Counted from the stretch's first letter, positions 50,570 to 64,000 are shown. The stretch is DNA of 64,000 nt from Octopus sinensis (GCF_006345805.1 NC_043004.1:58218001-58282000); one strand, 5' to 3'. The notes: generated from the letters alone by a model not told the origin. A program made the numbers and translations.

Positions 50570-51569
50570 GATGATTATGATTTCTTACATAGGCACAAAG
50601 TAATAATAACAATAATACCTGAATGCAAAAAAGAAGCAGCTATTGCAGTAATCATATTTTTTGTCTGCAAACATGTATGTGTGTGTATGTATGAGTGCAT
50701 GTGTTGTGTGCTACGTGTGTATTTTGGAGAAAAATATTAAGAAAAAAAAAATGTGCTTCAAAAAGAGATGTAAATATATGAGGAAATGTAGTTAGTTATG
50801 GGTGAAATTTACTCTTCACTTGCTGTTTACAATGCAATTCATATTCTCTTCTGATGGAGAAAAATAACTGATTATATCTAGTTTGTTGGTATTCCAAAAT
50901 GGGCATTTTCTCTCAATAAACTTTTGGCATCAAATGAAGACTTTAAAGAGAAAGGGAAAAAAAGAAGATTGAACTTATATACATCCACTGTAATAACATC
51001 TCAAACAAATGCAATACATGTAACAACACCAAAGCGAGACACAAAGAACATTTGTTAAAACATGCACTTACAAGGAATTGTTAAAAACAATAGAATTGTA
51101 ACAACAGAGAAGGATTTTATTTGCAAATTAAGTAAATTACATAATGAAACGATTCTTTGTGTGTGTGTGCAGGCATAGTAGATGCTTTAAGTAGTTTGCT
51201 TCAAAGCCATATGATCTGGGATTCAGCCCTACTGCATGGTATCCTGGGTAAGTGTCTTCAACTATGGCCCCTGGTCAACTGAAACTTAGTGAGTGAATTT
51301 GGTAGACAGAAGCTGCTAATATCCCCCTTATACACATGTACAATTGTAATCAATTTATTTTACTCTTCATTTTATGCTAATATTTTCAGTTACCTTTAAG
51401 AGTCTTGCATAAAATGCTTTAAGACAATTGGAAATTTAGGATTTATGATAAGAATTTATTGTTTTATTGCAATAAGTCCCAGATCTCTTATATTTTATAA
51501 GTCGTTAACAGGCTAATTAAAAGCTTATAATACAATAAATAACACTTGTCACAAATACTTAATCTCATC

Positions 51570-51915
51570 AACACTGAGAATGTCTCTTGGCAACTCACAT
51601 CTTCAACATATCTCTAAGATTGCACCACAAACTACCCTCTCACTTCAGGGTAAAAACATAATAAATTAGAAACAACTGCTAATCTTCTGTAATGCCCAAA
51701 TGAAATCCCTGATGGCATATTGCTCCTACATTTGGAATAGTATTTTCCTACTCCATGTAATGACATCCTGCACTACATCTAAAAGGTCATCTGAATGGGT
51801 AGCATGAAGATGTTGACTAATATATTTCAAAATCTGGCCCAAACATTTGCTACTCTTTCAATTTGCCTTTTCTCCCACTAATACAATTACTGTGATCTCT
51901 GTTTCTAGAAACTCC
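51570..51915 (+). mobile_element. Decayed L2/CR1-group LINE RT C-terminal fragment
   Basis: SW/SHLQHISKIA..*KQLLIFCNAQMKSLMAYCSYIW..SICLF resembles the L2-like SW..HI..I...MEYCSHIW motif; stops and frameshifts. Confidence 0.55.
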
Positions 51916-51929
51916 TGCTACCTCAATAT

Positions 51930-52315
51930 GTGGAAGCACTCCGTCGGTTACGATGATGAGGGTTCCGGTTGATCCGAATCAACGGAACAGCCTGCTCGTG
52001 AAATTAACGTGTAAGTGGCTGAACACTCCACAGACACGTGCACCCTTAACGTAGTTCTCGGGGATATTCAGCATGACACAGAAAGTGACAAGGCCGGCCC
52101 CTTGAAATACAGGTACAACAGAAACAGGAAGTAAGAGTTAGAGAAAGTTGTGGTGAAAGAGTACAGCAGGGATCACCACCATCCCCTGCCGGAGCCTCGT
52201 GGAGCTTTTAGGCGTTTTCGCTCAATAAACACTCACAACACCCGGTCTGGGAATCGAAACCGCGATCCTATGACCGCGAGTCCGCTGCCCTAACCACTGG
52301 GCCATTGCGCCTCCA
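51930..52315 (-). mobile_element. SINE family C, young
   Basis: TSD CTACCTCAATAT (51918-51929, 52316-52327). Confidence 0.92.
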
Positions 52316-52542
52316 CTACCTCAATATAGACCTTCCTGATTCAACCATCTCCTCATACATGTTGGAGTCATTTCTTCACTCTACCAGGTCCTGCATGAAT
52401 CCTTTTACCCAGTTCTTCTTTTCCAGAGTGCCATCCCTCTGAAATTCTCTCATTCTCTTGTTGCTATTCAAGTCTTGCTCTGCCAGCAAAGTCCATGAAT
52501 ACAACGCCTTCTCCCAGATCAAATTACTAGGATATTTATTAA

Positions 52543-52971
52543 TCTCTCTATATATAAACAGCAGTTTGTCTGTCTGTGTGTCTGTCAGGTTGTACCCTCA
52601 CCCTGACCACGGCTTTCAACCGATTCTGATGAAACTTGACACACACATAGCCCAATGTCATAATTCAAAACTAACGCAGCGAAAATTTTGAAAAGTTCCC
52701 CCAGTTCTGAAAGAAATCGATAAATTCGACATGGGGTCGAGAATCTAAGCTTTTTATATGCAACACATTTTCTGTCTAGGGGACACAACTCGACCTTTTT
52801 ATCGCCCAAAGGGACAGCTAGGAACATTGTATACACAAGTATTCGAGTGAAGAGAAGACATTGCAACCTACACATGCGCCTTCGTTCCCTAGAGGGAAAG
52901 GACTAGATTGGGATTAGTCATTGCCTACTAGGGCTCTTACATACCCAGGCAACACTGGGCTATGCTGCTAG
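52543..52971 (+). mobile_element. Non-autonomous Helitron-like element, second subfamily
   Basis: A|TCTCTCTATATATAAAC 5' end, CCCAGGCAACACTGGG hairpin, CTAG|T end. Confidence 0.75.
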
Positions 52972-52989
52972 TATCATATAATGTTGGAA

Positions 52990-53200
52990 GGTGGTGAGCC
53001 GGCAAAATCATTAGCATGTTGGATAAATGCTTAGTGGCATTTTGTCTATCTGTATGTTCTGAGTTCAAATACCACTGGGGTTGATTTTTACCTTTCATCC
53101 TTTTGGGATCGATAAAATAAGTACCAAAGTACCAGTTGATGTAATCAACTCATGCCCTCCCCCAAAATTGCTGGCCTTGTGACAAAATTTTAAATCATTA
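52990..53200 (+). mobile_element. SINE family B, old
   Basis: Degenerate head, core and ATT tail. Confidence 0.7.
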
Positions 53201-53518
53201 TTACATAATGTTAGATCATTTGATGAATGACTCTTGATTTATTAGTTCACAAAATATGGTTTTAATAATTAATAGAATAATAATTACTGCCCAAAAGATG
53301 TTTCTTCACTGAATACTCATTTTGTATGATTTGCATAATAGAACATTATTAGATTGATTATTGATTCATAGCAGACTTTTGATTTAGCCTTTTGTCTGTC
53401 CAATGTATTTTGATAAGTATGTCCTGTACATCCGTGCTTGTTTTCCAATTTTTAGCAATCCCTTGTTTCATGCATTCTGAGTAACATAAAGCTTTCCTTT
53501 CAAAAGTCCAAAGATATA

Positions 53519-53941
53519 GGCGCAGGAGTGGCTGTGTGGTAAGTAGCTTGCTAGCCAACCACATGGTTCCGGGTTCAGTCCCACTGCGTGGCATCTTGGG
53601 CAAGTGTCTTCTACTATAGCCTCGAGCTGACCAACGCCTTGTGAGTGGATTTGGTAGACGGAAACTGAAAGAAGCCTGTCGTATATATGTATATATATAT
53701 ATGTATGTGTGTGTGTGTTTGTGTGTCTGTGTTTGTCCCCCTAACATTGCTTGACAACCGATGCTGGTGTGTTTACGTGCCCGTCACTTAGCGGTTCAGC
53801 AAAAGAGACCGATAGAATAAGTACTGAGCTTACAAAGAATAAGTCCCGGGGTCGATTTGCTCGACTAAAGGCGGTGCTCCAGCATGGCCGCAATCAAATG
53901 ACTGAAACAAGTAAAAGAGTAAAAAAAAAAAAAAAAGAGTA
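53519..53941 (+). mobile_element. SINE family A
   Basis: Head to tail. Confidence 0.9.
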
Positions 53942-54683
53942 TATGTCTAGTGATAATAAAAATTAGCAATCTATATCATATATGATGCATTGCGACCAGG
54001 GTAATATGTTGTAATTACATGTAATACAATGGACAGGCAAAAGGTTAAATATCTTAGGGCTTCTTTTTTAATATTCAAAATATGGGTTTATTATTAGTTT
54101 AAAGGAGGATAGTGAATTGACAGAATTACTAGTGCTAGAAAAACAGTTTCACAGTATTAGTTACAGCTGTAACAATCTGCATTCAAATTCTGCTGAGGTT
54201 AACTTTATTTCTGTCCTTTTGGGTATCACTAAAATAAAGTACTGGATCAAGTACTGGTGTTGTAACCAACTGAACCCACTTCCCTCAAAATTTCAAGCTC
54301 TTTTGCCTAAATTAGAAATAATTATTATGCTAAGGAATTTGTGGCTTAGTAATGGAACACTGAATCAATAATTTATAGAACTTTAGTTTAATACCTGAAC
54401 TTATGTTAATTCAATATTTGATAAAATTCTGATTTAATGGTTGCAAGGATATCAATTCCAAGGTTAAACATAATTATTGGAGGTACCTTGAAATATATAA
54501 ATGATTAAATTTGATATATGCATAGGTCCAGGCATAGCTGTGTAGTCAAAAGATTGCTTTGTGACTACATGGTTCCGGCAGAATGGACATATGTCTCAAT
54601 AAACTTTTGGCATCAAATGAAGACTTTGGTTTACCAATGCATTGTAAGTGGAATTTGGTAGGCAGCAATACTACAGAAGCCTA

Positions 54684-54900
54684 AAGGCAGCGAGCTGGCA
54701 GAATCGTTAGCACACTGGGTGAAATGCTAAGCAATATTTTGTCTGCTGTTACATTCTGAGTTCAAATTCTGCCGAAGCCAACTTTGCCTTTCTTCCTTTG
54801 GGGATCGATAAATTAAGTACCAGTTGTGTACTGGGGTCAATCTAATCGACTGCCCCCCTCCCCAAAAATTTCAGGCCTTTTACCTAGAGTAGAAAAGAAT
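54684..54900 (+). mobile_element. SINE family B (short form)
   Basis: AAGGCAGCGAGCTGGCAGAATCGTTAGC head, core, tail. Confidence 0.8.
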
Positions 54901-55210
54901 AGTACAGAAGCCAAGTGTCTCAATGTGTGTCTAAATATAATGATCAAAATATGTGGTGTAAGTGTTGCTGTGTGGTGGGAAGTTTGCTTCCCAGAATCAT
55001 GGTTTCAGATTCAGTTCCACTGTGTAAGCATCTTGCACAAGTATCTTCTACTATAGCCTTGGGCAGACCAAAGCTTTGTAAGTTGATTTGATAGATAGAA
55101 ACTACAAGAAGCTTGTTGTGTATGTATATTTATCATTCTTTAAGAATAATATATCAATATCATCATCATCATCATCATTTAACATCCATTTTCTATGCTG
55201 GCATGAGTTG

Positions 55211-55242
<32 letters not shown>

Positions 55243-55496
55243 AGTTAATTAAAGAAACAGAGGAAAAAACAGGGAAAAAAGGAAAAGAAATACAAATGTG
55301 AGGATATAGCACAAGCAAAGTATTGATATGATGCTCAGTGAAGAAAAAGAGTAGTTGTTTTATATTTTGAGCATAGCTCTTCTTCAGAAACAGTAAAAAC
55401 AGCGAAGTCCAAAATGAACAAGGAAGAGGCAATAAAAAAACCGCCAATGGTCCACGTGTGGTTACAATATATATATATGTTTCCATTATAACTTTT

Positions 55497-55889
55497 TTTC
55501 TCTTTTATCTCTTTTACTTGTTTCAGTCATTTGACTGTGGCCATGCTGGAGCACCGCCTTTAATCGAGCAAATCGACCCCGGGACTAATTCTTTGTAAGC
55601 TCAGTACTTATTCTATCGGTCTCTTTTGCCGAACCACTAAGTATCGGGGACGTAAACACACCAGCATCAGTTGTCAAGCAATGCTAGGGGGACAAACACA
55701 CACATATATATATATATACATATATACGACAGGCTTCTTTCAGTTTCCGTCTACCAAATCCACTCACAAGGCATTGGTCGGCCCGGAGCTATAGCAGAAT
55801 GCACTTGCCCAAGATGCCACGCAGTGGGACTGAACCTGGAACCATGTGGTTGGTTAGCAAGCTACTTACCACACAGCCACTCCTGCACT
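55497..55889 (-). mobile_element. SINE family A
   Basis: Reverse complement, head to tail. Confidence 0.9.
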
Positions 55890-57040
55890 TATGAATATTA
55901 AAAACTAACAATTTGTTTGAGTGTTTCTTTGTCTTGACGTTGCATGCCAGTTGTATAATGATTATTTCTGTTATACAAGTAATGTCATTCATTTCTAATA
56001 TTCTGCAAGTGCATATGTCTAGTCATTGGGAAAATTTACTTTGTAATAGGTGGGGGTTGGTGGTAGGAAGGGTATCCAACTGTAGAAAATCTGCTTCAAA
56101 ACCTCCATTTTTACCCATGCAAGCATGACATTATGATGATGATGATGTTAATGATAACTTAACCATTTGATAAACAGTGATCAATAAAATAAACCCTTGT
56201 ATACAGTGCAGTTGACGTGATCATTTAAAATCTTCCAAGGTCTTAATGAATCATGTCAGACCCTATGAAAATCTTTGGTCAATAAGATCTTAATGGAATC
56301 AATATGACTGAAGGTTTTACTCTTTTAGATGAATGTCTGACACCCCGTATGGTCACAGACCAATGACTGAAATCAGTGAAACAAAAAAAAAAAATGTACA
56401 TCGAACTGTGTAGCTATTATAAATTTATTTCCATCCACCAAGATGTAACTAAAATTCGAAATTTCCTTGTCATTGCAAACATATAATTTCAATGCTTCAT
56501 ATTATGGAAAAACATGAGTAGTATTGATAAAAATGTTGATGCAGTACGAAACAAGATGGATTATTAAATCAATACATGTGTAAATATGTTTAATTTCACT
56601 GTAAAAGAATCCAGTGTAACAGCCAAAGGAAATATGGAATCTGCAGACATATTATAGCTTTATATTGACATATTGCTTAACGGCATCACATCTGTCTTTA
56701 CATTCTGAGTTCAAATTCCACTGAGGTCAACTTTGCCTTTTATCCTTTTGGGGTCAATAAAATAAGTACCAATTGAGCACAGGGGGTCAATGTAATTGAC
56801 TTACCTTTTTCCCCCTAAATTACTGGCCTTGAGCCAAAATTTGAAATCTTATTCTAGCTTTGTATTATAGGTGAAGGTTCATGGCTTGATGGTTAAGGTG
56901 TTGGACTAACAACCACTAAGCTGTGTGTTCAGTTCTTTAACTGGGCAAAGCATTATGTCTGAAAATAAAGTGCCTTGAGCAAAGGACTTCATTTTATCTA
57001 TCTCTAGTAGACTTAGTTGAAGATGAATACCAGCAGTATA

Positions 57041-57458
57041 GGCGCAGGAGTGGCTGTGTGGTAAGTAGCTTGCTAACCAACCACATGGTGCCGGGTTCAG
57101 TCCCACTGCGTGGCATCTTGGGCAAGTGTCTTCTGCTATAGCCCCAGGCCGACAAATGCCTTGTGAGTGGATTTGGTAGGCGGAAACTGAAAGAAGCCTG
57201 TCGTATATATGTATATATATGTATATATGTGTATGTGTTTGTGTGTGTGTGTGTTTGTCCCTCTAGCGTTGCTTGACAACTGATGCTGGTGTGTTTACAT
57301 CCCCGTCACTTAGCGGTTCAGCAAAAAGAGAACAATAGAATAAGTACTGGGCTTACAAAGAATAAGTCCCGGGGTCGATTTGCTCGACTAAAGGCGGTGC
57401 TCCAGCATGGCCGCAGTCAAATGACTGAAACAAGTAAAAGAGTAAAGAGTAAAGAGTA
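57041..57458 (+). mobile_element. SINE family A
   Basis: Head to tail; AGTATA TSD. Confidence 0.92.
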
Positions 57459-58307
57459 TATGGGGGTTAATCTCGTGGCAACCTGGTATCCCTTTCAGGG
57501 TGCGTATCTTCAGCTATCGGCCTGAATACTTTGAAAACCCATATGAGCTTCAACAAACTGAGCATGTAAACTTGAGACACAGACAGAAAGAGAGTAGCAG
57601 AAAAGAGAGGGAGAGAGAGAGAGAGAGAGAGGCAGGGTTATAATGTAGCCTTTTTCTGACTTCAGAATTCCAGAATGTTTCATGTTTTGTATAAAAGTTG
57701 AATAATAGAATGTTCCTCAAAACCAGCAAGTTGAATTATTCTAGGAATAAATGTCATAGTACTTTAAGGTAGAGTAATCCTCTACTGATACCCCCAACTT
57801 TTTTTGTTTTTTTTTCAGTCAACACTATTATTAGCATTATTAGCAAGTTAGAAATTATGTGAAGGTAATATACCCCCTACCAAGAAAATATTTTTTAATG
57901 AGAATTGAGAACTGTTGATATGGAAGACTGATTGCAAGTAGGTATGTGTGTCCATATTACAGAAACTAGTCGTAATATATTAGCTTGAAATTAGTTACTG
58001 TAAACAAGTGCTAATGTATCGGATATGACATAAACAATAAGACAAGAAATTTAAAAATGCAAACAACAATATACATAAATATATAATGCAGTCTTATAAT
58101 ATTTCAGAAGGTATGCACTTTCAGAGGTTCATTTGAATGTATTGAGTTACATAGTTACATGGTAGCTACTGCTTTGGGTAGCTGATATGTTGAATCATTA
58201 AAGCATTGCCAATAATGCCTTGTGGTAATTCTGCTATATTTTTACATTTTGAGTTGAAACCCATTAAGGTTAACTTTTCTTTTCATCCTTTCGGAGTCGA
58301 TAAAGTA

Positions 58308-58711
58308 ACTCTTTTACTCTTTTACTTGTTTCAGTCATTTGACTGCGGCCATGCTGGAGCACCGCCTTTAGTCGAACAAATCGACCCCGGGACTTATTCT
58401 ATTTGTAAGCCCAGTACTTATTCTATCGGTCTCTTTTGCCAAACCGCTAAGTGACGGGGACATAAACACATCAGCATCGGTTGTCAAGCAATGCTAGGGG
58501 CACAAACACAGACATACAAACACACACGCACGCATATATATATATATACATATATACGACAGGCTTCTTTCAGTTTCCGTCTACCAAATCCACTCACAAG
58601 GCATTGGTCAGCCCGGGGCTATAGCAGAAGACACTTGCTCAAGATGCCACGCAGTGGGACTGAACCTGGAACCATGTGGTTGGTTAGCAAGCTACTTACC
58701 ACACAGCCACT
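58308..58711 (-). mobile_element. SINE family A nested in an old family B copy
   Basis: B core (TTTCATCCTTTCGGAGTCGATAAA) upstream, degenerate B 3' part downstream. Confidence 0.85.
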
Positions 58712-58809
58712 AACAACAATCAATTACAAAGAGTTGATGTAATTAACTAGTTTTTCCCTCCAAAATTGCTGGCTTGTGCCTAAAATTAAAAACAGCTGTT
58801 ATTATATTT

Positions 58810-59050
58810 ATTTCTTTTTTTGCCCACGGAGGGGGGGGGGGCTAAATATAGAGGGGACAAACAAGGACAGACAAAGGGATTAAGTCGATTACATCGACCC
58901 CCCAGTGCATAACTGGTACTTATTTAATTGATCCCAGAATGATGAAAGGCAAAGTTGACTTTGGTGGAATTTGAGCTCAGAACATAATGGCAGATGAAAT
59001 ACCGCTAAGCATTTCACCCGGCATGCTAACAATTCTGCCAGCTCGCCGCC
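58810..59050 (-). mobile_element. SINE family B (long form)
   Basis: Homologous to 10557-10788. Confidence 0.82.
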
Positions 59051-59362
59051 CTTATTAGCAGTTATTATAAGGATGGGGAAAGGTGGTAAGGTGACAAAAA
59101 TTGTTAGCAAAATGCTTAGCAGTATTTCATCAGTCTTTAAGTTCTAAGTTCAAATTCCACCTGGATCAACTTTGCCTTTCTATCCTTTCAGGATCAATAA
59201 AATAAGTTTTAGTTGAACAAATTAACCCCATTTGTTATTTTATTGTTTCCTTGTCTGATACTTATTCTCTCAGTTTCTTTTGCTGAATAACTAAATTATA
59301 GGGATGTAAACTCATCACCACCAGCTGTCAAACAGTAGTGGGGGATGAACACATACACAGAC

Positions 59363-59517
59363 AGACGCACACATCATCATCATTATCGTTTAACGTCCGC
59401 TTTCCATGCTAGCATGGGTTGGACAATTTGACTGAGGACTGGTGAACCAGATGGCTGCACCAGACTCCAATCTGATATGGCAGAGTTTCTACAGCTAGAT
59501 GCCCTTCCTAACGCCAA
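59363..59517 (-). mobile_element. Family D tail fragment
   Basis: CATCATC..GTTTAACGTCCGCTTTCCATGCTAGCATGGG..GATGCCCTTCC. Confidence 0.8.
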
Positions 59518-60002
59518 ACACATATGTATATAACACATATATGTATATACACATGACAGACTTCTTTCAGTTTCTGACTATCAAATCCACTCACAAGATT
59601 GATCACTAGCTGAACACAAGATGATTTAATCAACTTAGCCCCTCTCTCGAACTTACTGGCCTTGTGTCAAAATTTGAAGATATTATAAACCATTAGAACT
59701 TTGGAAAAATTCCTTGTGATATTTGTTCCTCCTCTTCACATTCTGTGTTCAAATTCCATATAAGTCATCTCTACCTATCATTCTCCTGAGGTCAATAAAA
59801 TAAAGTACTAGTCAAATATTGGGGTCAGTATAACTGACTAATTTCTTTCCCAAAATTCAAGACCTTGTGTCTGCATTGGAAACAGTTGTTTTATTGATCA
59901 AATGAGTTTGAGATAACGAGATGTTAATTATAATCTACTGAAAAACTAGATTTCCTCCTTGTCTAAGTGCCAAAATCATCTTTATTATGTTTATATTTAT
60001 CT

Positions 60003-60378
60003 TTTATCTTTTACTTGTTTCAGTCCTTAAACTGTGGCCATGCTGGGGCACTGTCTTGAAGAATTTTAGTTGAATAAACTGCCCCCCCCCCACCCATAGT
60101 TAATTTTTTCCAAAACTGGTACTTATTCTTTTAGTCTCTTTTGCTGCACCACTAAGTTAAGGAGATGTAAACACACCAGCACCATCTATCAAGCAGTGGT
60201 GGAGGACACGGACACACACACACACACACGTATACGTATATTCACATGATGAGCATCTTTCAGTTTCTGACTATCAGATCTACCCACAAGACTTTTGGTC
60301 AGCTTGAAGCTACAGTAGAAGATATTTGCCCAAGGTGTCATGCAATGGGACTGAACCTGGAACCATGTGGTTGGGAAG
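60003..60378 (-). mobile_element. SINE family A-related, old
   Basis: Degenerate reverse-complement copy. Confidence 0.72.
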
Positions 60379-60431
60379 TAGAGTACAACATGAATGAACA
60401 TCATAAAATTTCAGTTAATTTATGCCAATGT

Positions 60432-60815
60432 GTGGAAGCACTCCGTCGGTTATGACGACGAGGGTTCCGGTTGATCCGAATCAACGGAACAGCCTGCTCG
60501 TGAAATTAACGTGTAAGTGGCTGAGCACTCCACAGACACGTGTACCCTTAACGTAGTTCTCGGGGATATTCAGCGTGACACAGAGAGTGACAAGTCCGGC
60601 CCCTTGAAATACAGGTACAACAGAAACAGGAAGTAAGAGTGAGAGAAAGTTGTGGTGAAAGAGTACAGCAGGGATCACCACCATCCCCTGCCAGAGCCTC
60701 GTGGAGCTTTAGGTGTTTTTGCTCAATAAACACTCACAATGCCCGGTCTGGGAATCGAAACCGCAATCCTATGACCGCGAGTCCGCTGCCCTAACCACTG
60801 GGCCATTGCGCATCC
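60432..60815 (-). mobile_element. SINE family C, young
   Basis: TSD ATGCCAATGT (60422-60431, 60816-60825). Confidence 0.92.
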
Positions 60816-61142
60816 ATGCCAATGTAATGTGAGGGGAAAAAAACAACGGCAAAAACCAATAGCCATCACTTGCTTGCATGACCTGGTATCATGAACTGTG
60901 TAATTGTCTGAGATAGCTATATAATTATGAGCAAATAACTTCTTGACCCTTTAAACTCTATGATCCATAAGAACATGGAAGATGTACTAGCTGGAGGGAG
61001 AGAGGGTTGTGCTAGCAGTAGGTCATAACTCATTTTCAATTAAGGAAACTGGAGCAATGTGAAATTAAATACCTTTGCTGAAGGAGAATATGTACTGCCT
61101 GTTCCAGGAACTGAAACGACAACCTTACAATGAAAAGCCAAC

Positions 61143-61491
61143 ATTCTCGCTCACAACATCATGAGCGGAAAGTGTAACCTCTCAAAAGAGCTGTTCTTCA
61201 CTCCTGCTCCAGAGCGTCGGCTGCAGGGTCATTCCGAAAAGCTCTATCTGCGACGATTTCATCTCAATCGAAGGAGAGGGGCTTTCTCCGTCCGGGTTGC
61301 GGATCCGTGGAACAAGCTGCCAGACGAGATGGTGAAGATGCCGACGACCGCTTTGTTCAAAGTCTCCCTTGACCTCAAGTGGCCTGAACTCTTTACATGA
61401 ACGCCACCCTGTACATAACTCCATGTCCCCCTACATGGCCTTGCTTTTTGCTTTTTGAGCCAAAAAATTAACTAATTAACTAACTAACTAA
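61143..61491 (+). mobile_element. CR1-clade LINE, 5'-truncated 3' end (ORF2 C-terminus, 3' UTR, (TAAC)n tail)
   Basis: GHSEKL..R.....R.GAFSVRVADPWNKLPDEMV......FKVSLD is the classic CR1 ORF2 C-terminal motif. Confidence 0.85.
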
Positions 61492-62688
61492 ATGGCACGG
61501 TTATTTTACTTAACTGTTCCTGCATCTTATAATGTAAATTATAATGTAAATTAAAGCATACCAGCAGAAATGTAATCACAAAAGAGTTAATATTTGATAG
61601 AATACTGGTTTAATGATTGATTGAATTATAAATATTAAGTGTTTGTTTTCTGGTTTATAGAATATTGGCTCTTTTGTTTGTAAAGTATCATTAGTTCAAT
61701 AATCAGGCAAACTTTGGTTTGTTGGTCAACAGGATAGAGTTTCTTATGAAAATTAAAATAATTTTCAAGCACCGGCATTGCTGAATCCCTTCTTCAAATG
61801 AATCAAGTGTGTCATGAACATATAACTGTTGTAAATGAGAAGCTGTTCTCCTGTGACAAATACAACAGTGATTAGCATATTTGCATTCAAATCTGCTGGA
61901 ACATATTAAATATAAATATGCAAATTATCATTTTGGAAAATAATTTTGTTTATCTATACTTTCTTGATTTCAAATTTCTTTAGCAATGGTAAGGCTCCAC
62001 CTTCTGAAAACAATAAAACTATTTTTTAAAAATATTTTTCAGTAAAGTTAATTTTATTTTTGCTATTTTCAGAACTGTTGTCATTTGGTTTTCAAAATAT
62101 GGGGTCATTTATTATTAAAATATCAAACTGTTATTTTATAGAATATCTATTTTTATTTACAGATAACTACTTCATTTATTTACATATTAATGGTTAATTT
62201 AGTTAAAATATAATGGTTAACAGACTATTTAGTCATCTTAAAGAAAAATAAACTAACTTTTTAGTTAATATTTTAATGCTGAACTACCAAATTTTATTTA
62301 ATAGCTCCCCCTTGTATTGCATCACAATTAGGAATATAAATCTATATATTCTACATTCAAACACAATGCATTTACTGAGGAATATTCCCAAAGCTTTAAG
62401 AAAATTGATTTAAAAAGTTCAATAAACTTCAAGGAATTTGCATTTTTTTAACTTTTCAAATCCCATGACATTTATACACCAGCATTTATTTACATTTATA
62501 TAGGACAGAAATAGCCATACTGTTATGAATATTGTTCCACAACCATGTTGTGCTCAGTCCAACTCACTGATACTTTGGGCAATGGTTTTCTTTCATAGCC
62601 TTCAGCTTAGGTTGACCAATGCTGTGTAAATGGAATTTGATTGTCAAAAATTATGCAGATATTCATTATATATATTTATATATATCAA

Positions 62689-62721
<33 letters not shown>

Positions 62722-63410
62722 AGTGAGTGTGTGTTCTTGTGTTTTAACCTTGTCTAGATATTTGTGTACTTATTCTTATAAACAGTATATGTCCCACCAT
62801 TCTTCAAAGAACAATGGGAAAATATTAGTTTTCTTAGAAGCAGGTGATGGTTAACAACAGGAAGAACATCTGATCATAGAAAATCTACCTTAACGATGTT
62901 TTGTCAGTTCTATGCAAGCATGGAAAAGTGGTCATTCAAGTGATGATATTATGTCTTACACATGTGTCTCTGTGTATACATACATACATACATACATACA
63001 TACTAGGGTGGTGCAAAAACTGCAACTTTGTAAACAAGAATCGATATTTTGTTGCAAATTAGGGTTAAAAGAAAGGTGTATAAAGAACTTTGCAGTTAAA
63101 TATGTTTTTCAACACAATCAAAAATTTTTTAAATTACTATTTTTAGTCAAACTTTGGATTTCATGGATTATAACAAATACATATTTCTACATAGCAGAAT
63201 GCAAAACAGTAAATATAGTATCCTTAAGAGGTTGCACACCAAGTTTCAATACAATTGATTAATATCTTGAGGTTCCGCATGAACGATAAAGAGAACTGGA
63301 GTGTGAACTTCTCTCCAGTGCTTCTGCAAGAGTATTTGCTTGTAGATGTATGTCATATGGGTGTGAAGTTTTCTACTTTGTACCTTGCCTTTAGGCTATT
63401 GTATTAAAAT

Positions 63411-63821
63411 TGCAGGAATGGCTGTGTGGTAAGTAGCTTGCTAACCAACCACATGGTTCCGGGTTCAGTCCCACTGTGTGGCATCCTGGGCAAGTGTCTT
63501 CTGCTATAGCCCCAGCTGACCAATGCCTTGTGAGTGGATTTGGTAGACGGAAACTGAAAGAAGCCTGTCGTATATATGTATGTATATATGTGTGTGTGTA
63601 TGTGTTTGTTTGTCTGTGTTTGTCCCCCTAGCATTGCTTGACAACCGATGCTGGTGTGTTTACGTCCCTGTCACTTAGCGGTTCGGCAAAAGAGAACGAT
63701 AGAATAAGTACTGGGCTTACAAAGAATAAGTCCCGGGGTCGATTTGCTCGACTAAAGGCGGTGCTCCAGCATGGCCACAGTCAAAGGACTGAAACAAGTA
63801 AAAGAGTAAGAGTAAAGAGTA
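63411..63821 (+). mobile_element. SINE family A
   Basis: Head to tail. Confidence 0.9.
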
Positions 63822-64000
63822 TGTTAAATTTAGTGTTGTTTACATTTAGTGATGACACATAGGCCAATAACACGTCATGATAGTGAATGCCCAATATCTG
63901 GTATTCTATGTGATCTTAGTGTGCGAGTTTTGCCAACTTACAAGGACATATTAAAATGTGTTTTTATTTGAAGGAGAAAATGAAAAGAATGTAACTAAGA

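Noticed and set aside
55330-55470. TM-like peptide WTIGGFFIASSLFILDFAVF on the minus strand
   Set aside because: No usable acceptor (a SINE tail lies directly upstream) and T-rich DNA readily yields hydrophobic peptides.
63003-63260. Tc1/mariner terminal repeat (TA-CTAGGGTGGTGCAAAAA)
   Set aside because: No matching opposite TIR and no transposase sequence found.

Overview
Eukaryotic, AT-rich, repeat-dense DNA with one 100-N scaffold gap (24312-24411). The SINE/LINE families match my recollection of Octopus repeats; this is inference, not a database result. I cannot identify any host protein-coding gene with confidence, and there is no rRNA, true tRNA or CRISPR array. Nearly all long ORFs in the track are microsatellite or minisatellite artefacts. 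The window is dominated by three tRNA-headed SINE families, labelled here A (CORE-like, about 21 copies), B (ATT-tailed) and C. It also holds RTE-type 3' fragments (D), decayed LINE fossils (RTE, RLE R4/Dong-like, L2-like, CR1, Penelope), four non-autonomous Helitron-like elements, a nested piggyBac-like MITE and a fold-back mariner derivative. Tandem repeats include a 56-copy 29-bp minisatellite, a 2-kb (AAT)n-based array and many microsatellites. I did not find a demonstrable new biological system. The best leads are: a hammerhead-like motif with a non-canonical core in a Penelope-type end (20299-20336); a minisatellite born from a SINE segment and loaded with TF motifs; a CpG-decay boundary at about 18-19 kb suggesting a methylated gene body to the right; unusually long (47-60 bp) flanking duplications; an 86-bp perfect palindrome; and an unexplained coding-like segment at 2.4-5.3 kb.
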